This document shows positions 12,208 through 23,055 of a stretch of DNA of 64,000 nt, one piece after another (the stretch's first letter is position 1; each line of letters begins with the position of its first letter). The translations under genes were made by a program, and so were the position numbers. This DNA is from Podarcis erhardii (taxonomy: Eukaryota): the NCBI GenBank assembly GCA_964252035.1, contig OZ176204.1. One strand, written 5' to 3'. The notes below the pieces were generated by a model. That model was not told where the DNA came from and did not search any database. It saw only the letters and a list, made by a program, of their open reading frames with translations.

Positions 12208-13377
12208 GAAGGTATTGCTATTTCTGTGTTGTGTGTGTGAGCTTGATAATGAGTGGTGTGTCGAAAGCTACTGAATCATGGCACATTCAGACTTGCTGAG
12301 GTTTACAGCTCAGCCTCTTAGTCTCTCTGGTATACTGACTCTCAAAGATTCTAGCAGATTTTGGAGATGGCGTTCTGTAACAAGGTCAAGGGATATTCAT
12401 AGAAGAGCAAGAAACTGCACAGTGTTTATGATATAGCTGAAAAACAGGATTCAAGTTGGTAACATTGAACCTCTTACACTGTACAGTACTCACCTCCTTA
12501 AACTCCATTTCTAAACATTAAAGCCCTAATAGTTTCATAACCATAACCTCCCTGTCATCAGAGTCCATTCCGTCTTCTTTTCTCCCATTACATTTACACT
12601 TGTCCCTTCAATTTGCATTTTTCTTCTATCTTTATGCTGTGTCTTGAAAAGTGAAAGTGACATGTATCCCCCTCCAGTTTATTCAAATCACCCACATTAT
12701 TAAATGATTTGCCTTCTTTATAATCCAGAAAGCCCTATATCTTATGGTTAGTACGGACTACATGTGCAGAACAATTAGCACATCCCCCTCACAATAAGCA
12801 TTGCAAGAAACTATCCTATTAACTTCTTCTTCCACCACATATTCTACTCCCTTCATTTCTCATTTCAGTCTGGAAAGAATTAGCCCAAGAAGCTGTCTGT
12901 AAGGATAGTAATAAGTCTGAATGCATGCAGCTGCCAGCCCTGCAAATTTAATTTAAACACATCGTTCTTATTATTTAAAGTGTTATAATTCAGGCAATAA
13001 TGCCCAAAGGAACTGAAATTATGGAAGATCCCCATTATTTCAAGGGTTAATTCTACAAATTCCCCAAAGAGTCACTAGAAATGTAAAAACAAGAGGCATA
13101 ACAAGGGTGAGAAACGTGGTACTCTTCATTGAAAATCAAGTGGCCACTATTCCTTGTTAAATTGATTATTGCCACCAGCTATTGACATTGAATTCACCCC
13201 AGGGATGACACTGGCTGATAAAGTCTTGGAGGCAGTGAGTGATATTCTATTGCAAAAATCACCAAGACAATGACATTACATGGATTTCTCCTGGGACACT
13301 TGTAGGAGTGAATAGCCTTCTCTTGAGTTGCACAGATGATTGAAAAATGCAAATGGCAAATTAGCCCTATGTTTTGA

Positions 13378-14129
13378 AGCCAGAGTGCATGGAAACACTG
13401 TTTATCTTCCCGCCACAGCGGTACCTATTTATCTACTCAAGCTGGTATGTTTTCAAACTGCTAGGTTGGCAGAAGCTGGGACAGAGTAACAGGAGCTGAC
13501 CCTGTCGCATGGATTCGAACCACTGACCTTCCGATCAAGCCAAAGAGGCTCAGTGGTTTAGACCACTGCACCATAGAATCATAGAGTTGGAAGAGACCAC
13601 AAGGGCCATCGAGTCCAACCCCCTGCCAAGCAGGAAACACCATCAGAGCACTCCTGACATATGATTGTCAAGCCTCTGCTTAAAGACCTCCAAAGGAGAC
13701 TCCACCACACTCCTTGGCAGCAAATTCCACTGTCAAACAGCTCTTACTGTCAGGAAGTTCTTCCTAATGTTTAGGTGGAATCTTCTTTCTTGTAGTTTGG
13801 ATCCATTGCTCCGTGTCCGCTTCTCTGGAGCATCAGAAAACAACCTTTCTCCCTCCTCTATGTGACATCCTTTTATATATTTGAACATGGCTATCATATC
13901 ACCCCTTAACCTCCTCTTCTCCAGGCTAAACATGCCCAGCTCCCTTAGCCGTTCCTCATAAGGCATCGTTTCCAGGCCTTTGACCATTTTGGTTGCCCTC
14001 CTCTGGACACGTTCCAGTTTGTCAGTGTCCTTCTTGAACTGTGGTGCCCAGAACTGGACACAGTACTCCAGGTGAGGTCTGACCAGAGCAGAATACAGTG
14101 GCACTATTATTTCCCTTGACCCACATCCT
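13378..14129 (-). mobile_element. Sauria SINE 5' half split by the CR1 insertion
   Basis: SINE sequence 13378-13573; last 10 nt of the head (cccacatcct) resume at 14120-14129. Confidence 0.75.
13573..14119 (-). mobile_element. CR1 LINE, 5'-truncated 3' end, young
   Basis: Open 123-aa RT C-terminal frame ([19 protein letters not shown]...[16 protein letters not shown]...) and the CR1 ATTCTATG tail. Confidence 0.95.
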
Positions 14130-15117
14130 TATCTGCACAAGCAAGATAATTTAACAACATGCTTAGCAACTTCTCTTGGGGAAGCAGGGTGTTCCAAAGA
14201 TGCAGGCCTATCTTGGAAAATGGCCTCGTTTTCACTTCCCCAAAGATGAGCGCAGGGAGAGTTAATCTGAAAGGTTATGAAATCCCAGGGTGTGGATGGC
14301 TTTATAAATTATACTATCCCCATCCCTGAATCTGTGATAGAAGTATCTGCTTATACAAAACATATTTGCCAGTCACTGCAGAGATATACCCAGATTAACT
14401 CAAGGATGCTTCTTGTCACAGATGTTCCATGTGAACATTTCAGCACTACTGCAAGCGATTCCGACCAGTTACAGCTGCTTCTAGACAGAAGCAGATATTC
14501 CATTCTCTGAAGACGGAGCAGCTCTTCCAACCTGAGGTCTGGAATTCTTAAGAAGACTTTGGAAAGGAGAGAATACTCAGTAAAGAAAAAAATTATTCTT
14601 TGGCTTCTTTGCACAACAATTTTTAAGTCTTGAAAGTGCCCCATATAGATGATATAATTAACCTTATAATAACTGGTAAGATAAATCAGTTACATTATCC
14701 CCATAATGCAGATGAGAGACTGAGACTGAGAGACAGGAGCTTGACAAAGCCTACCTAGTGAGTTCATGGTTGAGATTTGAACCAGGGGCCTCCCAGCTGA
14801 CACTCTAGGAATCAAATTCAGTCGCCTATGCAAGCTGTTGGGTGAAAACTGTGGCCCACATCAGAGCACATGCCATCTGGACTGCTCCCTCTCCCTTCTA
14901 CCATCAACTGCCCTGCAGGAATGTTTCCATGAAAGAGAGAGAGGAGATGGGGGAAGGAGGCAGGCATCCAGCTGGATGACCGCTATGGCGAGGGAGGTGA
15001 TTGGCAGAAGAACAATCCTATATATGGAAAGGGATGGAGAGGATGTGAAGGGTGACTGGGTCATGCTCCTAGCCACTAGACTTGCTCTCAATTAATTTAG
15101 TTAAACTGATATAAATT

Positions 15118-15352
15118 AAAACAAAACAAATTCCTTCCAGTAGCACCTTAAAGACCAACTAAGTCAGTTCTTGGTATGAGCTTTCGTGTGCATGCACACT
15201 TCTTCAGACGAAGTGTGACTTCTTCTTCTGAAGAAGTGTGCATGCACACGAAAGCTCATACCAAGAACTGACTTAGTTGGTCTTTAAGGTGCTACTGGAA
15301 GGAATTTGTTTTGTTTTGACTATGGCAGACCAACACGGCTACCTATCTGTAA
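15118..15352. mobile_element. Penelope-like element terminus present as an inverted pair
   Basis: Perfect 91-bp inverted arms (15118-15208 / 15227-15317) containing GTAGCACCTTAAAGACCAAC...GAGCTTTCG...CTTCTTCAGA, typical of reptile Penelope ends. Flanked by direct repeat AACTGATATAAATTAAAA (15104-15121, 15351-15368). Confidence 0.8.
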
Positions 15353-16299
15353 CTGATATAAATTAAAAACTGATCTTCAAAAATGTTCCACTGCTACAAG
15401 GTCCATTTCTAAACTGCCAGGGGGACTTAGATGATATGAGGAATAGAAATGTCACACACAAAAAACCACAAATAAGATTCAGTCTTGGATGAACATGATC
15501 ACAGTTTTGAAACTCAGAGGGTAAACTGATAGCAACTTAAATAGATTAACCAGACTGTAAGGATTTTGGGAGGCTATTTATTGTAGTATTATTTAACATT
15601 TTTACCCAACAGTGTGCATTACAGTCTATCTTGTTCATTGTCATAACTAACTCCTGCAGCATGTCATTTTTTCTCTAATTTGACAGATGGGCTGAGGCTG
15701 AAAGATAGCAACATGCCCAAGGCCAGTCAATTAGTACATAGCTGTGTTAAGATTTGTATCCAGGCCCTCTCTAGATGCACCTGCCAGATGAAACAAAGTT
15801 AAGGTATGAGTATCTGAATTTGCTTACAGTCACCCCTCCTTTCTGTGCTACTGTCATTTCTGCTCTCTCCTTTGGCTAAACTTGACTTTCTTTCTCCTTA
15901 CCCTCCTCTGCTGTATCCCGTTGCTGAAATTTAAATTGTAATCGCCTCAGGGCAGGGACCTGCACATTTTTGTTAAATGGGTTATAATTTTCTGTCGAGT
16001 GCCATCTACTGTCATGCTGCAAATCTAACAATAACACTAATAATACAATAATACAAACTCACATGAAGTCCAATATTCTGAGAAGAGTATGGGTACTAAT
16101 GAAAAAAACCCTAACTGTACCGTATATTTCATATTTCACAATGTTTCTAATCTATGGTTACCATCTCCTGAAATCAAAACATCTGCTGTCTGGGGTGGAG
16201 CCCAGAGCTAGTGCTTTGTGAAGCCCAGTTGATTTTGCCACATGAAGAACAGAGCCATGGCCAAAAGCTTTCTATTCACAAAATGTCTATACTGTATAG

Positions 16300-16429
16300 C
16301 AGGTGCAGCAAAACTGTGGCCATCCAAATATTGTTGGACTACAGCTCCCATCATCCCTGATCATTGGCCATTTTGACTGGGGCTGATGGGAATTGAAGCC
16401 CAACAACATCTGGAAGCTAGCTGTTCCTG
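16300..16429. mobile_element. About 130-bp hairpin MITE (hAT-like ends) with ACTACAnCTCCCA arms
   Basis: tgttggactacagctcccatc...gatgggaattgaagcccaaca. Related copies at 22931-23055, 42734-42866, 46478-46592, 53990-54050. Confidence 0.7.
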
Positions 16430-17480
16430 CAATAGACCTTTAAAATGAATTGGGGGTAGTGGTAGGAAGAGCTGTATCTTGGCAATAAGACTGAAAACAA
16501 AACAAACAAAATAACTAGTCAGGCTTTTCCCAGTCAGATGCAATCCCCATGATAAACATAGGGCACAAAGCCCCCCAAAGTTCTTAATCCCCTTCTCTCC
16601 GGTGTTTAGCATTCAGTAATACAGTATAAGGCTGCAAAGCAGCATGCATTCCAGAAACGTATTATATCAGGGGTTGCCAATATGGTGACCGCGGGCACAA
16701 AGGTGCCCTTGAGGTCTTCCCCTGGTGCTCACAAAGCCACTGATCCTTCCTTGGAAGAAAATGCAATTACTTTTTCTCCGCTGTAAAATACATACAGCTG
16801 AAGGGGGAAGTTGGAAGAGATGACATTCTTCTGCCCAGTTTCCAGGACTCTTTGGGGAACTCATGACTGTTAAAAGTGATATAGCAGTGCTTTAAGTGTA
16901 TGGTGCCCCCAATCCCACCCCGGGAATGCTGGAGCCTCAGCAGCTGCCCAAAGGATCTGACCTCTGTGGACACTGGCCCCAGCAGCCCTATCCCTTATTA
17001 CGAAAGTATGATGTTATCAGTCAAAAATTGCAATGCAGGGCTGTGTGGACTAGATGACTCTTTGGCTCTTCCACCTGCACAGTTCTTTGGTTCCTATTTC
17101 GGATAAGCTGCATACCTTGCTGCGATCTGGAAACCTGCAAACTTCCACTCCTAAAATCACAGCAATGTCTCAATAAGCAGCGATACCCTTTTGCATATCG
17201 GGCTGCAACCCTATGCTCTCGTTTCCCAGATTGACAAGGAAAAGGGAAAAGCAGCTGCGACTCGTCCCCGCTGCAGCCCAGCGCGGCCCCTTTGGAAACT
17301 ACAGCTTCCATCAGCCCCTTCTCCCGCCAGCTGGGAGAGGCAGCCGTTCCTCCCTGCTCCCCCTTCCCCTTAACCCAGCCCAGCTCGGCCCACCCGAGCG
17401 CGCCGCCACTTCCCCCTTCTTCTCGCTGCCTTCGGAAGCAACGGCGCCGGGCGCGCCGTCTCCCTGTGCGCGGGGCTTAT

Positions 17481-17548
17481 TGGGAATTGTAGTCCGCGAT
17501 GTCCACTCGGGCACTTCTCGGGAGAACGGCCGGGGACTACATTTCCCA
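17481..17548. promoter_or_regulatory. Divergent pair of ZNF143/THAP11(Ronin)-type ACTACAnnTCCCA motifs
   Basis: TGGGAATTGTAGTCC at 17481-17495 (minus strand GGACTACAATTCCCA) and GGACTACATTTCCCA at 17534-17548. Confidence 0.7.
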
Positions 17549-17714
17549 CTTACCTGAGCCGGAGGAAAACGGAGGTTTCTCGCCTGACTCTGCGGTGGCT
17601 GCGGCCTTGCGTTGAGGGAGGGAGAAGGGAAGGGGTGGGGGGCGGCCAGGCCCCGGCTGAGGCCCGGAGCTGGCGGGGGAGCAGCAGCCACAGCAGAGGC
17701 GGATCGGGGGGGCT

Positions 17715-17762
17715 ATGGACCCCGCCGAGGCGGTGGTGCAGGAGAAGGCCCTCAAGTTCATG
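17715..17762 (+). CDS. BTRC: BTRC coding exon 1 (F-box/WD repeat protein 1A, beta-TrCP1), 16 codons
   Basis: Translates MDPAEAVVQEKALKFM, matching the recognised beta-TrCP1 N-terminus (MDPAEAVLQEKALKFM). Strong Kozak (G at -3, G at +4), phase-0 donor ATG|GTGAGG, inside a CpG island. Confidence 0.97.
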
Positions 17763-19137
17763 GTGAGGAGGGAAAGAACGGGGAGAGGGTGGGGGGATGC
17801 GGTGGGGGGGGGAGTTGGTGATGACTGTTGCTGGGTGCTGTAGTAGGAAGAGAAGGGGGATGGCGGGCGCGGGGGGGGGCAGGAATAATGGGAAAGGGAA
17901 GCTCTATGGCGAAAGGGAGAGCGGAAGCTGTGGTGTATATGGAACCCGCTGGCAACCCCAGAATATCTGCGAAATGGGTTTAGGTAACTGGGAGGACCAG
18001 GGAAGGCATACATTTTGAGAGCTGAGGATTCTGCGGGATGTATGGGGAGGAAAGAGGGGCAGGCGAGTCATACCTTTCCTTTTCGGGGTGGGTCTTTTGG
18101 TGTGTGTGTTTGTTTGTTTTTGAGGTGTGAGCTTCGGTTCTGTGGGGTTGATTTCGAAAGAGAGAGGGTGCCTTTTTAAAAAAAAAAACAAACCCGAGGG
18201 ATTAGGGTAACGGGGGGCTTAAGTATGCGGCTGAATTTTTGAGGAGAGGAAAGGCTTGGGGACACACTTAAGGAACGCTGAAGGGAAGGCCTGTATAGAG
18301 GGACTGATGGAAAAGATGGAGGGTTTAGGAAAGCTGGACCAGATTGGGGTTTTTTTGTTTCTTTTTTAAGGGATGGTGGTAGGTGGGCACCTAGGTGTTC
18401 TTAAAGAGGCCTGGAGTAGGCTAAGTGTTTTGGTTTCAAAGGCGGACTTTGCTAGCAAGGTTAGCTATGTTGGGTCACTTTTGAAGAATGCAGGTCTTCT
18501 CACAAAAGTATGCAGTAAGCTGGGAGTTAGTGGGAAGGGTCCTGAAGAATTCATTTTCCAAAGTGAATTATTACACCGAGGCTTCCATTAGTAAATTGAG
18601 TGCCAGAGGGTTTGAAACATTACATTGCAGTAAAGGTGGGGCCTGTTTATGGGAGGGATTTCAAACTAACTCTGTTTCTGCTATACAGTTGAAAGGTGAC
18701 CAAGCATTACCCATTTAGGCCTGGTAGGTTTATATTAAGATCAGGTGACTGCTTATTATTTTATAGTGGTTTAATCTTGTCAGATATACAAGGGAGTTTA
18801 TGACTTCTATATAGAATAAGTGCATCATGGTGTCATCTGATAGCAAAGGCAGGAATGAAGGCTCCCCCCCCCAGCCCAGCTCTACAGGGGTCAGGGGGCC
18901 TTTCTAGAGACCATCTATCCTTTTCAGCCTCTGAAGAGCAGCACAAGGATTAGGAAGGAAACACAAAGTTATCAAACTAATACTTATCTAGACTAGAATT
19001 TTACCATATTACCTAGATACTACAGTTTGGAATGCCAAGTCAGGAAAGATTCCAGCTAAGCTGTTTTTGAACTTAAATGTGCAAGAGTATTGTCATAGTG
19101 TACACAAAAAAGACGTGGGGCTGTTAGTCTAGCACAC

Positions 19138-19258
19138 ATAGAATCATAGAACTGTAAGTGGAGAGGGGCCACATAGGTCACCTAGTCCATCTCCCTGCAA
19201 TGCTGGATTCTTTTGCCCAACATGGGGCTTGAACCCATGACCCATAAGAGTCTCATGT
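19138..19258 (-). mobile_element. tRNA-headed SINE with CR1-type tail
   Basis: catagaatcatag tail plus ggggcttgaacccatgacc (reverse B box). Confidence 0.6.
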
Positions 19259-21604
19259 AAAAGCTTTGTGTTGCAAATGCCAACACATGCTGCTTCAGGC
19301 AGCTTTGACCCTTAAGAGACAAACCAAGGTGGTGGCTGACATCATCTTGCATGATGCATTTCATAAGGCTTTGTAGTGGTCTCATACATCTGTCCAAAGC
19401 AGAACCCCCAGATAGTAGAGAACTCATCTCTTCAGTTGAATGACTGCTTGGCTCCACGCAGGCAACACATGAAGACCCATTTTTCATAGCACTTTAAGTA
19501 GGCATGTTGAAGGCAAGGCATGGAATATTGGTTTTTTCCATCCTAGATATGCCAAGAAACATTTTCCCCTCACATCCATTATTTTTTGAAATTCTTCATT
19601 CCTCTTGGGGGACAATGAAGTCAGCATATGCTCAGAGGTACTCAGCCCTAGGGTCAATAATGTTTATTTACAAAAGATGGCACAGCTCATAAGTGCCCAC
19701 TGAGTATTGCTTTTGCTGTGGGAAGGAGGGACCTCCATGCAATCTGGCTTAGGGTGCTGTAAAATGTCTGGGAGGAACTGGATTGTTTTGAAAAACAATA
19801 CTTTCTGCAATTCGCAAAATTCTCTCAGTTCTTCAATTGTTCTGAAAGTAAAGCTTTAATTGCGTGATTATTATTTGACAATAATTGATAACCAGTGGCT
19901 AATCTATTTAATATTTATTTATTTACTAAAGAATATTATCTACAGCTACCATTTGGTACTTGACATAAGAAGCATTTGGTTGCTCACCATACAGAATATC
20001 TTGATTCACAACATACTGCCATTGCAGTTTTGTGCCATCAACTGCTACACATGACTTGCTTTACCTCTGGAACAGTATTTTTGTGATTGGATTTATAGGG
20101 GACTATGATGCGGTTTCTTGTCATCTGATTGCACTCTTGGTCTTTTTTTAACATCTACTTTCAATAATAATTAGAAAAAAGGTACTTCTTATTCAGCTGG
20201 CTGGAGAGCAGGCAACAAAGGGTTAACACCAACAGAAAGCAGGGGTAGCAAAACCTGACTGCTCATCTGTAGGAGAGAACCTTCTCAGTTTCAGGCCTTT
20301 GAAAAGAGAGAAGGGTCTCTCTGCTATTCCCAAGTTACAGCTGGGATCACAGCCAATTCCTTCCCCCTCCCCTTCCCTCAAAGCAGCAGTATTTCCCCTC
20401 TCTTCTTCACCCTAGTGCCCCACCCAAATCATACAGAACAGGCTTCCCCTGCTGGATGTCTCTGAACACAAGAGGTGGTTTTTGGGGACCCTGATTCTTC
20501 CTATCCTTCATTAATGGGGAAGAAATTCTCCAACAATTTTTCATTTGGTGGAACAATTGATCAGTGGCTATGGACGTTGTGACTATCTCTGCCAATCACT
20601 CAGAGTGAGCAAATGTGGGAGGGGACAATAGATTCTTCCAACTCTGAGACCAGCTCCTCTTTTTGGCTCACATTCTTGTTCATAATCCATGGGATGTGGA
20701 AGGAGCAGGTCAGATGGTGACCTACTCATGAACATTGCCACAAGTCAGTCCCCAATTGGGACCCCAAGTTGGTGTGATCTAGCTGGAACAGGGATGCTCC
20801 CATTGTTTCCCCTGGCCCTGTCAGACTCCAGTTCTAACATGTTGCCCCAGGGCATTCTCTCACAGTCTCTTAAGGCTCTGGGAACTGGTGTGCTTTGGGT
20901 GGATGGATAATCCCCTTCCAGCTTTCCCTCTTACTTTAGACCTGATGATACCCTTCCTGTATGTCAGCTTCTTTTAAGAAAGAGGGTGGTGGATGAGTTA
21001 CCCCATTACTCTCTATTTTCTTGCCTGTTAAACAGAAGGGGGCCTTGAATTTCATCTGTGTTGGCCCATAAATTGGACATGGCCTTGACAGTATTTTTAG
21101 AACACTGAAATGGAGAACAGTCTCCAGATTCAGCTAGAAGAGAATAAATAGCTGTAGTGAGGTGAAGAGTTATGCTTAGTTCAACCTTCCTTTTACTTTC
21201 CTCTTAAGCCTAGCTGACTTTGCTGAAGAGTAACAACACCCATTCAAGCAAATGCTTAATACCAACTTCATTGGCACTGAGTAGTAATAAAAAATGCCTC
21301 CTAACCTCCTCAAGCAGGGTTATTGTTTTTGTTTGTTACTATGTTGTGTATCTTGTGTTTTTATATTGTAAACCGCCCTGCGATCCTCGAACGAAGGACA
21401 GTATAAATAGCATTTAGTAAATTTAAAATTTAAAAAATAATAAATAACATTTGAAGTAACTGGCCATGTTTGCTAAAGCCTGGATATTATAGATTAATGA
21501 CTTTTGTAATGCAGAAATCTGCATTCAGCAGCATCATAGAATTTGATTAACCCTGCATTTATTTAATTAAATATGTAGTGAAGCTTTGGTGACACTTGAG
21601 TAGT

Positions 21605-21845
21605 ATTTTATTTATTTATTTATTTATTTATTTATACTTATTTCAAGGCATTTCTAAACCACTTGATATTTAAAAACCTCTTAAGCAACATACAAGATTG
21701 CAACATAAAAACAATAAAACAGTGTCATAAAAATGGAAATGCAAACATAAATAGTATTATAAAAACAGGTAAAATAGAATTTCATTAATAACATGGTATA
21801 ATTTTATGAGCCAGGGAAAGCTTGGGCAAAAGATATGCTGCCTTT
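21605..21845 (-). mobile_element. L2-type 3' end with (TTTA)n tail
   Basis: (TTTA)n followed by an A-rich 3' UTR-like tract and gggaaagcttgggcaaaag. An opposite-strand L2 tail lies near 21340-21426. Confidence 0.5.
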
Positions 21846-22930
21846 CAAAAGGTAGTAAACATTATTTATTTATTTATTCATTTATTATATATGTTTCTCC
21901 TCCAGTAAAGGAGCACATAAAGTGACTTAAAGGCAAAATAAAATTTGATACAATGATCCTCTAATTTGAAGGGGTGGGAAGGTATATGTGGTAGAACGTG
22001 TTCTTAGGAGTGTTAGACAATCAAAGATATGCACTGGCCTGGCAGACTATAAAAACCCCCAATGTTTTCATGTTTACTCAGAAGTAAGTCTTACTGTGAT
22101 TAGCAGTGCTTATATCTATGTATGTCTTTAAAGGATTGGAATTTAAAAGTAATAATCAGTGCTGGAGGCAGGTGCAGGTGAACTAAAATTGCTGTTAAAT
22201 GCTTATTTTGGTCCTTACTCCATTAAGAGGCAAGCCATAGAATTCTGCATTGACTGAAGATTCTAGGCATTTTTTAAAGGCAGTTTCATGCAAAGTGTGT
22301 TTGCCTAATCCTGTTGGGAAATACCAATACTGTATGTTAATAATAGCTACAAGGTGAGTTCAAGAGTCCTTTGCCAGCCAAAGTGAACAAAGGCAGTCCT
22401 AGCCACTGCTTTCATTTGAGAATCCAGACACAACAGTGAAGGGTCCCGAAACTCCCCCAATTCAGAGGTCTGCAAACCATAATAATGTAAGAAGCGTTCT
22501 GCCAGATCATACTGAAGACCTGTTTATCCAGCATGCCGTTTCCTACTGTGGCCAACAGATTCCTTTGAAAAACTCTGAAACAGAACACAAGGACCATAGC
22601 TTTCTCTCCTGCTGTTGTCCCCCAGTAATTGCTATTTGGAGGCATTCTACCTCTGATCTTGGAAGTAATACACACCTATAGTCACCGATAGCCTTATCCT
22701 TTATGAAGTTGTCTATAATCAGTGTGTGGAACCTCTGGCCCTATTGATGATATTGGGCTACAACAGTATCTTCCCTTCCACCATCCATGCTGTGGCTAAT
22801 GAGAATTGTAGACTGATAACAGTAGGAGGGCCACTGGTTTCCCCTTTCCTCATATATAAGATCAGCACCCTTTTGTCTTGTAGTGATTCACCTCCAGTTT
22901 CTTTGTCCCTCCACCAGTCAGTGACTGACT

Positions 22931-23055
22931 AGATCTGTAGTCCAACAACATCTGGAGGCCACCAATTCCCATCAGCTGCAGCTAGCAGCCAAAGGTCAAG
23001 GGTAATGGGAATTGTAGTTTAACAACATCTGGAGGACACCACATTGGCTACCCTG
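22931..23055. mobile_element. Hairpin MITE, rearranged copy
   Basis: Duplicated aacaacatctggagg end and TGGGAATTGTAGTT at 23006-23019. Confidence 0.65.

Larger units (their letters stand above)
17240..17900. promoter_or_regulatory. CpG-island promoter / 5' UTR of BTRC
   Basis: Abrupt GC- and CpG-rich block in otherwise CpG-depleted DNA, surrounding the ATG. GC box GGGCGG 17640-17645, ETS-like CGGAAG near 17433, no TATA. Confidence 0.9.

Noticed and set aside
17537-18013. 158-aa and other long ORFs over the promoter
   Set aside because: Low-complexity Pro/Ser/Gly products typical of stop-poor GC-rich DNA; no recognisable domain.
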